Shown piece by piece: positions 1 to 11,328 of a stretch of DNA of 64,000 nt; position 1 is the stretch's first letter; the number at the start of each line of letters is the position of its first letter. The position numbers and the translations under genes were made by a program. The stretch covers positions 1,600,001-1,664,000 of the forward strand of contig CAWIAD010000001.1 in NCBI GenBank assembly GCA_963833985.1, given 5' to 3'. Under the pieces are notes generated by a model, which was not told the origin of the DNA, made no database searches, and saw only the letters and a program-made list of their open reading frames with translations. The DNA comes from an uncultured Planctomycetaceae bacterium. Lineage in GTDB: Bacteria; Planctomycetota; Planctomycetia; Isosphaerales; Isosphaeraceae.

Positions 1-21
1 AACGCCCCGCGGATGGTACGT

Positions 22-1146
22 TCACCCAGCCAGGAGCTTCCTCACCCGTCGCCGTGCTTTCAGGACCTGGCCGAGCACGGGATGCGATTCGAGCCTGGCG
101 CGCTGGTCACGCAGACGCTGGCACTCCTCCTGGGCACATCGCGCTGCTTCCTCCGCGAGGGAGAGCGCCTTGCGGGTACTGGCAAGCACATCTTGCCTTT
201 CCACCAGCGCCTCGAGTGCCTGTTCGAGCTCTGTCTGCACCTGGTAAAGGCGATGCTGATGATCGCTCTCCTGGACCAGATCCTGGGCTCGCCTCACGAG
301 ATTCTGGGCCATGGACTCGCACTTGCGCGAGTCGCGTGCCAGTAGCCATCTCGTCCGCTCCGCCTCGCTGTCAGAACGCTTCTCTCCGCCCAGTTCCTCA
401 TAAAGAGGCTGCGCCGGGTGTGCGACGCCGGCGGGTTCTTGATGCACACAGGATTGATCGAAGACGCGCAGGGCTCTGGCTTCGTCCCAGGCCAGCCCGC
501 AAAAGGTCGTGGCTCGCGCGAGCGCGTCCAGATAGGTCTTGCTGCCGAACACGATCGCTTCGCTTACCTGCGCCTCGTTCGTCAGGATGGCTTTCAGCCG
601 TGCGAAGTGGACAGCGACCACATCCAGCGCCGTCCAGTAGCCGACCGCTCCAGCGCTGCGGCTACAGAGACTCATGGCGATTTCGTGCGGCGAGCGCAGC
701 AACGGGACGAGCACGACCCGAACGGAACTGCAATCCATCAGAACGCGCCGCCAGAACGGCCACGTGAGCACGGTCCGCGGATCTTTCACACCCGAAATGG
801 GTCCCGAATCGATCATTCCGGCGATGACGCGCCGGCCCTCCTCGAAGAGTTCTTCGGGAATCTCCACGTCGTCCGGCCACGCCCCCTCGCTTTCGAGGAA
901 CCGGGCCAGCACCTCATCCGTCGCCGGGACGTCGTCCCGAAACCCCAGTGCGATCTCCTGCACCTTGCGGTTCAAGGCATGGAAAGGCAGTGATTCGTAG
1001 TGCCCGTGGATATTCGTGGGGCTCGCTCCCACCAGTGGGTAAGGACCGAGCGACATTCCCAGTTGCTCGAACATGCTAGCCGTGAGGCTTGATCCGCTCC
1101 TGTGCATACAGAGCAGAAAAGCGATGGTCTTGGTGTCTGAATGCAT
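22..1146 (-). CDS. Sulfotransferase-family protein with C-terminal coiled coil
   Basis: N-terminal PAPS-binding-like motif CMHRSGSS, GHYE, VKDPR and LLRSPHEIAMSL; Q/E/R-rich heptad C-terminus. Confidence 0.75.
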   Translation of the reverse strand: MHSDTKTIAFLLCMHRSGSSLTASMFEQLGMSLGPYPLVGASPTNIHGHYESLPFHALNRKVQEIALGFRDDVPATDEVLARFLESEGAWPDDVEIPEELFEEGRRVIAGMIDSGPISGVKDPRTVLTWPFWRRVLMDCSSVRVVLVPLLRSPHEIAMSLCSRSAGAVGYWTALDVVAVHFARLKAILTNEAQVSEAIVFGSKTYLDALARATTFCGLAWDEARALRVFDQSCVHQEPAGVAHPAQPLYEELGGEKRSDSEAERTRWLLARDSRKCESMAQNLVRRAQDLVQESDHQHRLYQVQTELEQALEALVERQDVLASTRKALSLAEEAARCAQEECQRLRDQRARLESHPVLGQVLKARRRVRKLLAG

Positions 1147-2198
1147 CCTTTTGCACCGTCTTGCCGACGGTCCTCAGCGTTCACCCAGATCAAAATGTGC
1201 TGGGTATTCCCCAATGCACCTTGGATTTCTCGGACAATCCTGCGCACGCGCTGGAGTAAAGAGAAAGCGATTGCGTCCTCGCTCGCTTGCTCTGGTTCGA
1301 TGAAGTCGTGAAAAATCCATCGACGGCGACAATATCGGTGATGCCCGGGCGATTAGATACTGCTTTTCTCCGGACCGCACAAGCCGGCATTGACATCGTC
1401 GGGCGTTTTATCACCCGCCCCTGCTCGTCATCCGTGGTCACAGACGCGCGTCCGTAGCCAACGAGAGATCTGGAGATGCTGAAGCAGAATCGCGACTGCG
1501 GCTTTTTCTGCCGGATGCGGGGAACTGAACTGGTTCGACCGTCCCGGTTCTGATTGACAGGTCCGAGGGATCGAAATACTCTCTGTCCGGATTCGGCCGG
1601 CAGGGCCGCTCGCTTTCTCCGGTTTCTGCGAGTGTCTTTCGCCATCGCAGCTTCCTGACCAGGGATGGCACGGCACCGGCGTGACCCGGTACGTCAATCT
1701 TATCGATGATCCGGTGAGCTTGATGATGCGCGAGCGATGAGTGTTGTGAAAATGAACGGATCACATTCCGTACAGGATGTCGCTGGTCTTGCATTTGCGG
1801 GCCAAGCTCTCTGTCAAGTTGGGTACGGTTGACGGCACCTCCCCTTGCAGGCCACGCATATTCAGCGTCGCATGCGGCCCACCAGGTGCTTGTCCTCCAG
1901 GGCAGTTGGCTTGCGCCGATCGGATGCTGACGACACCAGCTCTCTTCGGCAAAAACGCGGGTGTCGCCATGACCGCTGGCATTTGATTGTTCACGAAGCG
2001 TCTGGCCGCAGAACGGCCTGCCGCCGGCTGTCCCCTGGAGGATCCGTAGTGGGCACCGAACCAGGCTCGTGCGGTTGTGACGCTCAGACCACCTCACCCG
2101 CTCTACCAAGGTACCGGCCGTTCCTGACCTTCAGTGTCCGCGTGTGCAAGGCGATACCCAAACTGGCGAACCGTCGCTGGGTCGCTCACCGGGGCAGG

Positions 2199-4298
2199 AT
2201 GGCGCTCAACCGGTCGCGAGGCACCGCCAGGCTCTTGTTCCGCCCGTACTGGCTGGCCGCTAAAGATTTCTTCGGCCAGGATCGTCAGCGCGGTCCTGGT
2301 GTGTCGGCCTTGCCACGCTTCCCCTTCCACGATCCCGTTGTCGCATCGGTGATCATTCCGGTTTTCAACCACTGGCAAGACACTCTGAACTGTCTCGATT
2401 CCATCGCCCGGCTCACAGGCGAGCCATCCTACGAGATCATCGTGGTTGATGACGGCTCCAGCGACCAGACCGCTACCATGCTCGGGCAGATTGACGGCCT
2501 GCGCGTGGTGCGGAACGAGGGCAATCTCGGTTTCGTCTCCTCTTGCAATCGTGGCGCGGAGGTCGCGCGCGGCGAGTATCTCGTGTTCCTGAACAACGAC
2601 ACGGTGGTCACGGCTGACTGGCTGCGGGCGCTGGTGCAGACCTTTCGCGACATCCCGGAGGCCGGGCTCGTCGGCGGCAAGCTTGTCTATCCAAACGGGC
2701 GTTTGCAGGAAGCCGGTGGCGTGATCTACCGGGATGCCAGCGGCTCGAATTACGGCAAGTTCGACGATCCGGACCATCCCAGGTACAACTTTGCCCGCGA
2801 CGTCGATTATTGCTCGGGCGCCTGCGTGATGATTCCGAGGACCCTGTTCAAACAGTGCGGGGGGTTCGACGCGATCTACAAACCGGCATACTACGAGGAT
2901 ACGGACCTCGCCTTCAAGGTTCGACACGCCGGCCACAAGGTGGTCTACCAGCCGCTGGCCCGGATCATCCATCACGAGGGCCTGACCTCGGGCCTGAGCG
3001 CCCGCAAGGGCGTCAAGTCCTATCAAGAGGTCAACCGGGGTAAGTTCCGGGAGCGGTGGCACGATCGACTGGCGGATTACCCCGAGCCGACCGGGGGACC
3101 GATCCGGATCGTCCGCGCGAATGGCCCTGAGGGCGGTTCGGGCCACGGCCGCGCCGGGCAAGTGCTGGTCATCGATCATCGGCTTCCCACGCCCGACCGC
3201 GATTCCGGTTCGTTGCGTATCTTCGAGATCATCCGCGCCATCAGGAGCAGGGGCCATCATGTTGCGTTCTTGCCCGACGACCTCGCCGTCCGCTCCCCCT
3301 ATCAGCAAGCTCTTCAGGCCATTGGCGTCGAGGTGATCCATCACCCCTACTACCGGTCGGTCCGGTCCTTTCTCAGGCAGCATGGCGACGAGTTCGACCT
3401 GGTGATCCTCTCCCGGGCCGAGATCGCTGCCCGCCACATGGCCGTGGCGCGCCGGCTTGCCCGGCGGGCGAAGATCGTCTTTGACACGGTCGATCTCCAC
3501 TTCTTGCGCGAGGAGCGCTCGGCGCGGCTACAGCAGGCTCACGGCGCACACGCTGCCGCGGTCCGCCGCAAGCGGCAGGAGCTTGAGCTGGTACGGGCCG
3601 CCGACATGACGCTCGTGGTTAGCCCGATCGAGCGCGAGCTGATCGGGGCAGAGTGCCCGGACGCCGATGTCCGCATCCTCTCGAACATCCTGCCGCTGGA
3701 CGAGAGGCCGATTCCCGGCCATGGCGGCCGGCGGACGATCGTCTTCATCGGCGGTTTCGAGCATCCCCCCAATACCGACGCGGTCCTTTACTTCGCGCGT
3801 GACATCTTTCCCATGGTCGCCGAGCGCATCCCGGAGGCCGTCTTCCAGGTGATCGGTTCGTCGCCCACCCCGGAGGTCTTGAAACTGGCCGGCAGTCGAA
3901 TCGAGGTCCTCGGTTATGTCCCTGACGTCGGGCCTTACTTCGACCAGGCCCGGCTCAGCGTCGCGCCGCTACGCTACGGAGCGGGCGTGAAGGGCAAGGT
4001 CAACCAGAGCATGGCACTGGGCGTTCCCGTCGTGCTCACGTCCATGGCCGCCGAGGGGATGGGCCTGGTGCACGGGCAGCACGCCCTGATCGCCGATGAT
4101 GACGCCAGTTTTGCCTCCGCCATGGTTCACGTCTGGACCTCGAGCGAGCTCTGGGAGCAGCTTTCTCGCTCCGGCCGCCAGCATCTTCGCGAGCATTTCT
4201 CGGTGCAAGCCGCGACCAGGCGCATCGACGATCTGCTGATCTGGGCAGGCCTTCATGGCGCGATCGCAGAAGTGAGCACCCACAGGAACGGAACTTGA
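2199..4298 (+). CDS. Bifunctional glycosyltransferase, GT2 plus GT4-like domain (start uncertain)
   Basis: SVIIPVFN, IIVVDDGSSD, LVFLNNDT, YYEDTDL (GT2); FIGGFEHPPN and PLRYGAGVKGK (GT4-like). ATG 2199 is in frame with ORF 1845..4298. Confidence 0.85.
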   Translation: MALNRSRGTARLLFRPYWLAAKDFFGQDRQRGPGVSALPRFPFHDPVVASVIIPVFNHWQDTLNCLDSIARLTGEPSYEIIVVDDGSSDQTATMLGQIDGLRVVRNEGNLGFVSSCNRGAEVARGEYLVFLNNDTVVTADWLRALVQTFRDIPEAGLVGGKLVYPNGRLQEAGGVIYRDASGSNYGKFDDPDHPRYNFARDVDYCSGACVMIPRTLFKQCGGFDAIYKPAYYEDTDLAFKVRHAGHKVVYQPLARIIHHEGLTSGLSARKGVKSYQEVNRGKFRERWHDRLADYPEPTGGPIRIVRANGPEGGSGHGRAGQVLVIDHRLPTPDRDSGSLRIFEIIRAIRSRGHHVAFLPDDLAVRSPYQQALQAIGVEVIHHPYYRSVRSFLRQHGDEFDLVILSRAEIAARHMAVARRLARRAKIVFDTVDLHFLREERSARLQQAHGAHAAAVRRKRQELELVRAADMTLVVSPIERELIGAECPDADVRILSNILPLDERPIPGHGGRRTIVFIGGFEHPPNTDAVLYFARDIFPMVAERIPEAVFQVIGSSPTPEVLKLAGSRIEVLGYVPDVGPYFDQARLSVAPLRYGAGVKGKVNQSMALGVPVVLTSMAAEGMGLVHGQHALIADDDASFASAMVHVWTSSELWEQLSRSGRQHLREHFSVQAATRRIDDLLIWAGLHGAIAEVSTHRNGT

Positions 4299-4301
4299 CC
4301 G

Positions 4302-5260
4302 ATGATCGCTCAGGCAAGCAAGGCACAGGTGTGGTTCTGGGTCGAGAAGGCGCGACACCGGCTGGGCGCGGCGTCGCCGATCCCGGACCCTTCCGCCTGG
4401 CACGAAAGCGTGCGGCTGCACGTTTTTGCCGACCGCGCAGCGTACTGCGATCACCGGGCGCAGCTTCACGCGGAGTACGCGGAGAGAAAGCGGCTTTTGC
4501 AAGAACTGGCCTCGGGTGGATCGAGAGTCGATACCGAGGCTTTCTGCATTGCCTGCCACAAGCGGCGGGTCTTCCGCACCGCTGCCGTAGCGCATGGTGG
4601 CGGTCCCGGGGCCGACCTGAACTGGCGTGAGGGGTTGATCTGCCGGCGTTGTGGCCTCAATAGCCGGATGCGGGCCTCGATCCACCTCTTGTTTTGGGCC
4701 ATCGCGCCCGGCCACATCATCGTCTTTACCTGACCGAGCAGATCACCGCCCTCTATCGCTGGACCAGGCTGCGCTTTCCCGGGGCGGTGGGAAGCGAGTA
4801 CTTGCCGGCACGGCGCGGCCGCACTCGCCTGAGCCGTTCCTTGCTCCGGCACGAAGACCTCACGGCGCTCAGCTTCGCGGACGAATCATTCGATGCGGTG
4901 GTCTCGCTCGAGGTCATGGAACATATCCCGGATTTCCAGCGGGCGTTCCTGGAATGCGCCCGGGTGCTGAGGCCAGGCGGACGGCTGCTGCTGAGCGTGC
5001 CGTTCCACGGCGGGCCGGAGCACATGCTGCGCGCCCGCGTGCGAGCCGACGGAGGCATCGAGCATCTGCATTCCCCCGAGTACCACGGCGATCCTCTCTC
5101 CACGCGAGGCTGCCTTTGCTTTCACCATTTCGGCTGGGACATTCTCGATCACCTGAGGGCGGCGGGCTTCCGCCAGGCACGAGCCTGCGCCATCTGGTCG
5201 CGCGAACTGGGTTACCTGGCGGATGAAGGCGAGATTCTCCAGTTCGTCGCCGTGAAATGA
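4302..5260 (+). CDS. Class I SAM-dependent methyltransferase with N-terminal Zn-ribbon; apparent frameshift near 4712
   Basis: ORF 4302..4733 (CIAC...CRRC, NSRMR) continues into ORF 4694..5260 (YLTEQ, HEDLTALSFADESFDAVVSLEVMEH, RVLRPGG). Confidence 0.75.
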
Positions 5261-5317
5261 CCCGGCGACTCAAGCGTCGTTGAGCCGGCCGGAATTCGCC
5301 GGTGGGAGGGAACCGAG

Positions 5318-6478
5318 GTGTTCGGGATCTACCGGTACGGGCTGGCTTTCTGCGTGGCGATCAGCCATCTCTGGGGCGGTATGATCCCCGGACCGGCCGC
5401 CTACGCCGTGTGGGGCTTTTATTGCCTCAGCGGCTATCTCATGACGCGGGTGCTCAATGAAAAGTACGGTTTCACGCCGCGTGGCCTCGCTCGCTTCGCG
5501 GTCAACCGCACTCTCCGGATCTACCCGGCATATTACGCGGTCTGCATCGGGATGTGCCTGATCTTCCTGGCCTTGCCCGGTACCGCCAGCCGGTTCCTGT
5601 CCCAGCTGCACATTCCCAGGACGTGGCAAGGATGGCGGTACACGCTGCTCCTTGTAACCGCACCTGATGACAATGAACTGCTGCATGGTTCGCGCGCCTT
5701 GCGCGTGGAGCTCTGGTTCTACGTGGCCATCGCGCTGGGCCTGGGCAGGGGCCGTTGGACAGCTCGGTTCTGGTTTTCCGCCAGCGCGCTGTACACGATC
5801 TGGCTGCTGGCCGTTCGCACGCCGTTTCCGCAGCGTTATGTTTACATACCAGCCTGCTCACTGGCGTTCAGTTTCGGCAGCCTGATCTATCACGAGCGGG
5901 CCAGGATGCCGATCATCACGCGCCCTCAGGCTGCCCTGGCCGCGGCCTGCCTCTGGTGGCTGCACGTCTGGTTGGCCCAGCATCTTCCGTACGGGCCCCT
6001 GGTCTTCGGCCTTTACTCATCCCTGCTCGTCTCCGGGGTCGCGATGGTTTGTCTGATGCGTTTGGAGCCCCGTGAGCTGCCCTCATGGTTCGTCCGGATG
6101 GATCGGTGGGCTGGAAATCTCAGCTATCCTGTTTACCTTTGCCACTGGGGTGTGGGCATCATGGTGAGCTGGCTGCTGCGGGGCGCTGACAGAAGCAATC
6201 CACTCGTCTTTTGCATTGGCTTTCCGGTAGTGAACCTGTTCTCCTGGTGGATCTATCGGCTTGTGGAGCGGCCGCTCCAGGCCTGGAAACTGCCCGCTCC
6301 GGGGCCGCAGCGCGCGGCCGGCGGTGGATCGGCTTCTGGCCCCTGGAAGGCCACTCGCGCGGGCTCGGTGTCGATGCAAGCGGGGCACGAGCATGGCGGC
6401 TTCGGAGCTCACCTTCCAGGAAACCCTGAGAGACCCGCGCACAACGGACAGAGCCAGAATGGCTCGGCTCGGGTATGA
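5318..6478 (+). CDS. Acyltransferase family 3 (OafA-like) membrane protein
   Basis: RYGLAFCVAISH, FYCLSGYLM, NRTLRIYPAY, VELWFY, LSYPVYLCH, VERP; multiple hydrophobic segments. Confidence 0.85.
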   Translation: MFGIYRYGLAFCVAISHLWGGMIPGPAAYAVWGFYCLSGYLMTRVLNEKYGFTPRGLARFAVNRTLRIYPAYYAVCIGMCLIFLALPGTASRFLSQLHIPRTWQGWRYTLLLVTAPDDNELLHGSRALRVELWFYVAIALGLGRGRWTARFWFSASALYTIWLLAVRTPFPQRYVYIPACSLAFSFGSLIYHERARMPIITRPQAALAAACLWWLHVWLAQHLPYGPLVFGLYSSLLVSGVAMVCLMRLEPRELPSWFVRMDRWAGNLSYPVYLCHWGVGIMVSWLLRGADRSNPLVFCIGFPVVNLFSWWIYRLVERPLQAWKLPAPGPQRAAGGGSASGPWKATRAGSVSMQAGHEHGGFGAHLPGNPERPAHNGQSQNGSARV

Positions 6479-6694
6479 TAACGGCTTGTGTCCTGTGCTC
6501 TGATCTCCGTTCCCCGGTTTTGCAGGGCTGTGTCGTTCTCTCCGCCGAGTCCCCTGATCCGTCCTTCGACCGGCTCCTTTTCGAGAGAGCAGCCACCCGG
6601 TTGCTCGATCCACGTCCAGAGCGAGATCAGGATGGGGCGCTGGTGTCCAGTTCCGCGGGAATGAGACAGCCCTGCCACGCTCGCGAGATGGTCC

Positions 6695-7399
6695 GTGCGA
6701 ACCGACTTCCGGTTTCTTGCACCCGCCGAGAGTTGTGGTTATCTGCCCGTCCAGATGGCGCGGATGGAGTACGAGCATGTGTCGGAGCTGACCGCTGACG
6801 AGTACTCCGTACGGATGCTTGCGGGCTGGAGGCGGTTCGGCCACACCTTGTTCCGCCCGCTCTGTCCGCTCTGCCGGGCGTGCCGGTCGATCCGTATCGA
6901 CGTGGCCCGGTTCTGCCCGAATCGCAACCAGAAGCGGGTTCGTACGCTGAACGGAGAAGCCGTGCGGCTCGAGATCAGGCCGCCCCGCCTGACGCGGTCG
7001 CGGCTTGATCTGTACCAGCGCTTTCACGCCTATCGTGCCAGCACACGGGGGTGGGACGGGCGCGAGGAGAGCGCGAGCTCTTACCACAGCGCATTTGTGT
7101 CCAACCCGTTCCCCACCGAGGAGTGGAGCTACACGCTGGAAGGTAAGCTGATCGGACTGGGGCTGGTGGATGCCCTGGCCGTCGGCCTGTCGGCCATCTA
7201 CTTCGTGCACGACCCGGACCATTTGAAACGCAGTCTTGGCACCTGGAACGTCCTCTGTCTGATTGACGAGGCGCGGCGCCGCGGGCTGCCTCATCTCTAC
7301 CTGGGTTACTGGGTTGCCGACTGCCTGTCGCTGGCGTACAAGGCGGCCTTCCGCCCGCACGAGATCCTCGAACCGGATGGTTCCTGGCGTGAGCTGTGA
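6695..7399 (+). CDS. Ate1-like arginyl/leucyl-tRNA protein transferase (Bpt family)
   Basis: CGYLP, GWRRFG, FRPLCPLCRAC, LSAIYFVHDPD, SLGTWNVL, LYLGYWV, YKAAFRP. Confidence 0.85.
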   Translation: MRTDFRFLAPAESCGYLPVQMARMEYEHVSELTADEYSVRMLAGWRRFGHTLFRPLCPLCRACRSIRIDVARFCPNRNQKRVRTLNGEAVRLEIRPPRLTRSRLDLYQRFHAYRASTRGWDGREESASSYHSAFVSNPFPTEEWSYTLEGKLIGLGLVDALAVGLSAIYFVHDPDHLKRSLGTWNVLCLIDEARRRGLPHLYLGYWVADCLSLAYKAAFRPHEILEPDGSWREL

Positions 7400-7452
7400 C
7401 CGATCCGGAGCGGCCACTCCGCCAGCGGCTCTCACAAGCTGCCCGAAGGCTT

Positions 7453-10400
7453 TCATGTCCTGGGTGGCCCGGCTCCGACCTGGCGCTCAAAGATCGCCCG
7501 GGTACGGGCGCGGTGGCGTGCGGCGTCGGCCACGAAGGTCGCGACGGCCTCATCCGGTCCATCCGCCTGGTAATTCAGGCGCCTGGCCAACCCCAGTAGA
7601 TCTTCGGGCCGGCCCGGAAGCTCGGAGATGGCCCGGTTCTGGATCAGCCGCAGCCGCCCTTCAACGGTCCGCAGAAAGCTGTATGCCTCACGGAGGTCGG
7701 AGCAGACCGCGGCCGGCAGGATCGAACAGCGCTGCAACGCGTCGAGGGCCTCCCACAGGTTCGGCCTGAGCAGATCGGGCTGTGCGGCAGCATGGGAGAG
7801 CATCTGGAACGCGACGATGAACTCGATATCCGCAAGTCCTCCGGTGCCGCGCTTGAGGTCGTTCGGACGACTGGATTGCTCGAGCCGCCGGCGCAAGTCA
7901 CGCACCTCGTCGGCCAGTCTCGCCCGGTCGATCGGCTGACCAAGGAGCTCGCGAATGGCGTCGGAGACGTGCCTGCCGAAACCGCCGGTGGCGAAGATGA
8001 CGCGGGCCCTGGTGAGAGCCAGCCGTTCCCAGGCGTGTGCGGTGCGGTGAAAGTAATCGCGGAACTCGGCGAGCGTGACGACCAGGGGCCCCGAAGCCCC
8101 GTGTGGACGCAAACGGGTGTCCACCCGGTAGAGCGGTCCCGTCGAGGCGTCGCAGGCAAGCGTCCGCAACACCCGCCGGGCCACGTCCGTGACGAACTCC
8201 TCGTTGGAGAGGCGGGCGCCCGGGCCTGCGGTGGACCCGTTTTCCTCGTGCAGGAAGATGAGATCCAGATCGCTATGGTAGTTGAGCTCACGGCCGCCCA
8301 GTTTGCCCAAGGCAAGCACGGCCCATCGGCTACGGCCTCCGTCGGATCCGCGCAGCGGAATCCCGCAGTGCTCCGAGCGCTTCTTCCACTGGTCACGAGC
8401 CACCTGTGTGACCACGGCCTCGGCCACGTCGGCCAGCTCTCGCGTCACCTGTCGTACGGGCTCTCGCCCCAGGATATCGCGCGTCCCGATGCGCACCCAC
8501 TCCTTGTTGCGGAAGCTCCAGAGAATCGGAGCCGGGTCCTCGGCCCCTTTCAGGAGTTGAGCAAGCTCTGCCTTGATGGCCGCGGCCGGCAAGGCGCGGT
8601 CCACCACGAGAGAATCCATGAGGTCGTCGATCATCCCCGGGTTCGTGGTCAGAATCTGTGACAGGAACTGGCTGGTGGCGCACAGTTCCACGTACAGCCG
8701 CAAGCTCGGGGGATTGAAGTTGAACAGTTCCCAGAGCACTGCCTTGGCGCCAAGCGATGCGGAGACCTTCTCCAGATTGGTGAGCGTCATGTCCGGATCG
8801 GCCGTACGCGCCACCGCTTGAAGAAGGCGCGGGGCAATGGCCGCCAGAAAATGGCGGCAGCGGGCCTGGGACAGGAACAAGAAGTCCTCACGCGCCAGCG
8901 CCATCAGGTTGTGATAGGCCGTCTCCAGATCTCGGAACGGATAGCGCGCCAGCACCGCGGCGACCTGTTCGGCCGTGGTGTGAGGGTCGAGCACGAGGTC
9001 CACGACGGGGTCGGCCGGCGAGCCGTCGTCGTCGCGGAATGCGTCGTGCAGGATGTGGTTGAGGATCCGCCGATTGAGCTCGGTCTTGCTGCGATAATCG
9101 GCCAGAAAGCGGTGCGCGGGAAGATCCGCGTCCGCGCCCGGTGCGGACGCCTGATAGCCCATCCGGATCGCCAGAGTCCGCAGTTCGGGCAGGCTGCGCG
9201 GCATCTCGTGGGTCTGGCGATCGAAGAGGACCTGAAGCCGGTGCTCCACCTTTCGAAGGAAGCGGTAGGTATCGTCCATGATGCTCCGTTCCTCGGCCGT
9301 GAGGCAACCGGCCTGCTCGAGTTGGTGGATCGCCAGCAGCGTGTTGGCGCTGCGGACCTCGGGGTACTCGCCGCCGTGTAGCAACTGAAGAAACTGGACC
9401 ACGAACTCGACGTCGCGGATGCCTCCGTGCCCCGTTTTCACCTCGAACTCGGCGCGACCCGCGGAGACCGTTCTTTGCTCGATCCGCCGCTTGAGCGCCT
9501 TGATCTCGGCGATCTCGCTGGCGCCTAGGTAACGGCGGTAAACAAAGGGCGTGACGGCCTGGATGAAGGTGCGCCCCAGCTCCAGATCTCCCGCGACCGG
9601 GCGGCACTTGATGAGCGCCTGCCGCTCCCAGGTACGCCCACGGGTTTCGTAATAGCCCAGGGTCGCCGCCGCCGACCGGGCCAGGGCACCTTCCTCGCCG
9701 TCCGGCGCAGCCGCATGTCCACCCGGTAGGCTGCCCCGAGCGCGGTGTGCTCGGCCAGCAGCCGGACGAGTTCTGTTCCCATCCGCTCGAAGAACTCCGC
9801 ACTGGACATCATGCGGGGCTCTGCCGTGCGGCCTTCCTCGTCATAAACGAACACCAGGTCGATGTCGGAACTGTAGTTCAGCTCCGCGCCCCCCAGCTTG
9901 CCCATGCCCAGGACCACGAACCGGCAAGCAGCGCCGTCGCCGCGGTAGGGAACTCCGAACCGGGCCTCCGCCCAGGCTCGCGCCAGCCGCGTCGCGGCCT
10001 CGATGCAAGCCTCCGCCAGGTTCGAGAGGTCCAGTGTGATGGCCTCCAGCGGCAGGCCGCGGACGATGTCGTTGTAGCAGATACGCAAGGTCTCGCGGAG
10101 CCGGAACCGGCGGATCACGAGCGCGGGCTCCGCCTCGCCAGACGTCTTTCGCAACGTGCTGGAAAGCTCCGCGGCCAGGTCGGCGCGGTCTGGCCGCTCG
10201 GCACCGCCCCGCAGCCAGGCAAGCAGGTCCGGATCGCGGATCAGGACCTCGCTCAGGTACTGGCTGGTGCTGAAGATCTGGAGCAGGATCTCCGCGGCCC
10301 GTGCATCTCCGGCCAGGCTCGCCAGCGCCGGCCGGGGATCCGCAAGCGCTGCCAGGAACCGCTCCAGATTGGTCAAGGCCATGGCGGGGTCGGAACATCG

Positions 10401-10552
10401 CGGCAGCACGGCAGCCACCAGGGAGGCGAACCGCGATCGGTTCTGCGCGTCGCTCGGGCTCTCGGAGTGGACCGGCGCGGCCCCAGCGTCCTCAGCCAGC
10501 TTTCCAGCCGTACGGAACTCTCGGGGGACCCAGAGACCGCGTCGGCGTCCAT
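7453..10552 (-). CDS. glnE: Bifunctional glutamine synthetase adenylyltransferase/adenylyl-removing enzyme; frameshift near 9704 and probably one near the 5' end
   Basis: Two nucleotidyltransferase repeats (GMGKLGGAELNYSSDIDL; ALGKLGGRELNYHSDLDL), RVDxRLRP, KTGHGGIRDVEF; restoring one C at about 9704 gives RLRPDGEEGALARS. Confidence 0.9.
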
Positions 10553-10580
10553 CCGCGAGACCTTTCCAGAAGGATGCCGG

Positions 10581-11312
10581 TCAGGACGGTGTCAAATCGG
10601 GGGCGACATGCTGGAGATGGCGGAAGAGGATTTCCACATCGCCATGGCTGAGCCCCAGCGTCTGGGCGATCTCCCGCTCCTCGACGCGCGCCTGCATGAG
10701 CAGCAGGACCTGGCAGGCGTACGGGCGCAGCCGGTCGGGCAGGTCGGGCTGGGGCGTGTACCGGCGATGCGCCTGCCAGGGATCGCCGAAATCGACGAAG
10801 TCGGCATCGAACCAGTACTCGCGGCCACTGTGACGGAGCAGTTCCAGAAGCCATTCCTCGAAGCTCCGAGCAATGATCCTGGGAGCGCTTCGCGATGCGT
10901 CATCGCCGGAGGTGAACACGGGAAAGCTGCCTCCCGGCCAGCGGTACGCGAGGTCGATGCAGATCGTCTCGACATTGGGGTTACCGAGCTCGAACCAGCT
11001 TTCGGGCTGAACGATCAGGTCATGAATTCGCGAGAATACGACCATGGGTCCGATGGCCGAGATCGGGTGGATGATCGGCCCCTCGCGGTAAAGGCCGTTG
11101 GAGAGCATCAGCCAGGCACGCAGCCCGGCCGGCAGGCGATAGCCATGGCGATGTTCCCAGGCGGCGATCACGCGCGGATCAACGCCAGGGCGGAACGGCT
11201 CGTCGGTTGCCCCGAACCAGGCCGACAGCGCCTCGGGGCTGGGCGCCAACCCTTCGTCGATCCCACCCCAGGCCATCCAGCATTGCACCAGCTCTTGGAG
11301 CTGGCTGGGCAT
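10581..11312 (-). CDS. SMI1/KNR4 (SUKH) family protein with C-terminal HTH-like tail
   Basis: IAAWEHRHGYRLPAGLRAWLMLSNG and IIARSFEEWL; RBS AAGGGGGAG before ATG 11312. Confidence 0.75.
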   Translation of the reverse strand: MPSQLQELVQCWMAWGGIDEGLAPSPEALSAWFGATDEPFRPGVDPRVIAAWEHRHGYRLPAGLRAWLMLSNGLYREGPIIHPISAIGPMVVFSRIHDLIVQPESWFELGNPNVETICIDLAYRWPGGSFPVFTSGDDASRSAPRIIARSFEEWLLELLRHSGREYWFDADFVDFGDPWQAHRRYTPQPDLPDRLRPYACQVLLLMQARVEEREIAQTLGLSHGDVEILFRHLQHVAPDLTPS

Positions 11313-11328
11313 CGGCTCCCCCTTCACT

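Noticed and set aside
1745..1765. TGTGA...TCACA CRP-like site
   Set aside because: Spacer is 11 nt rather than 6
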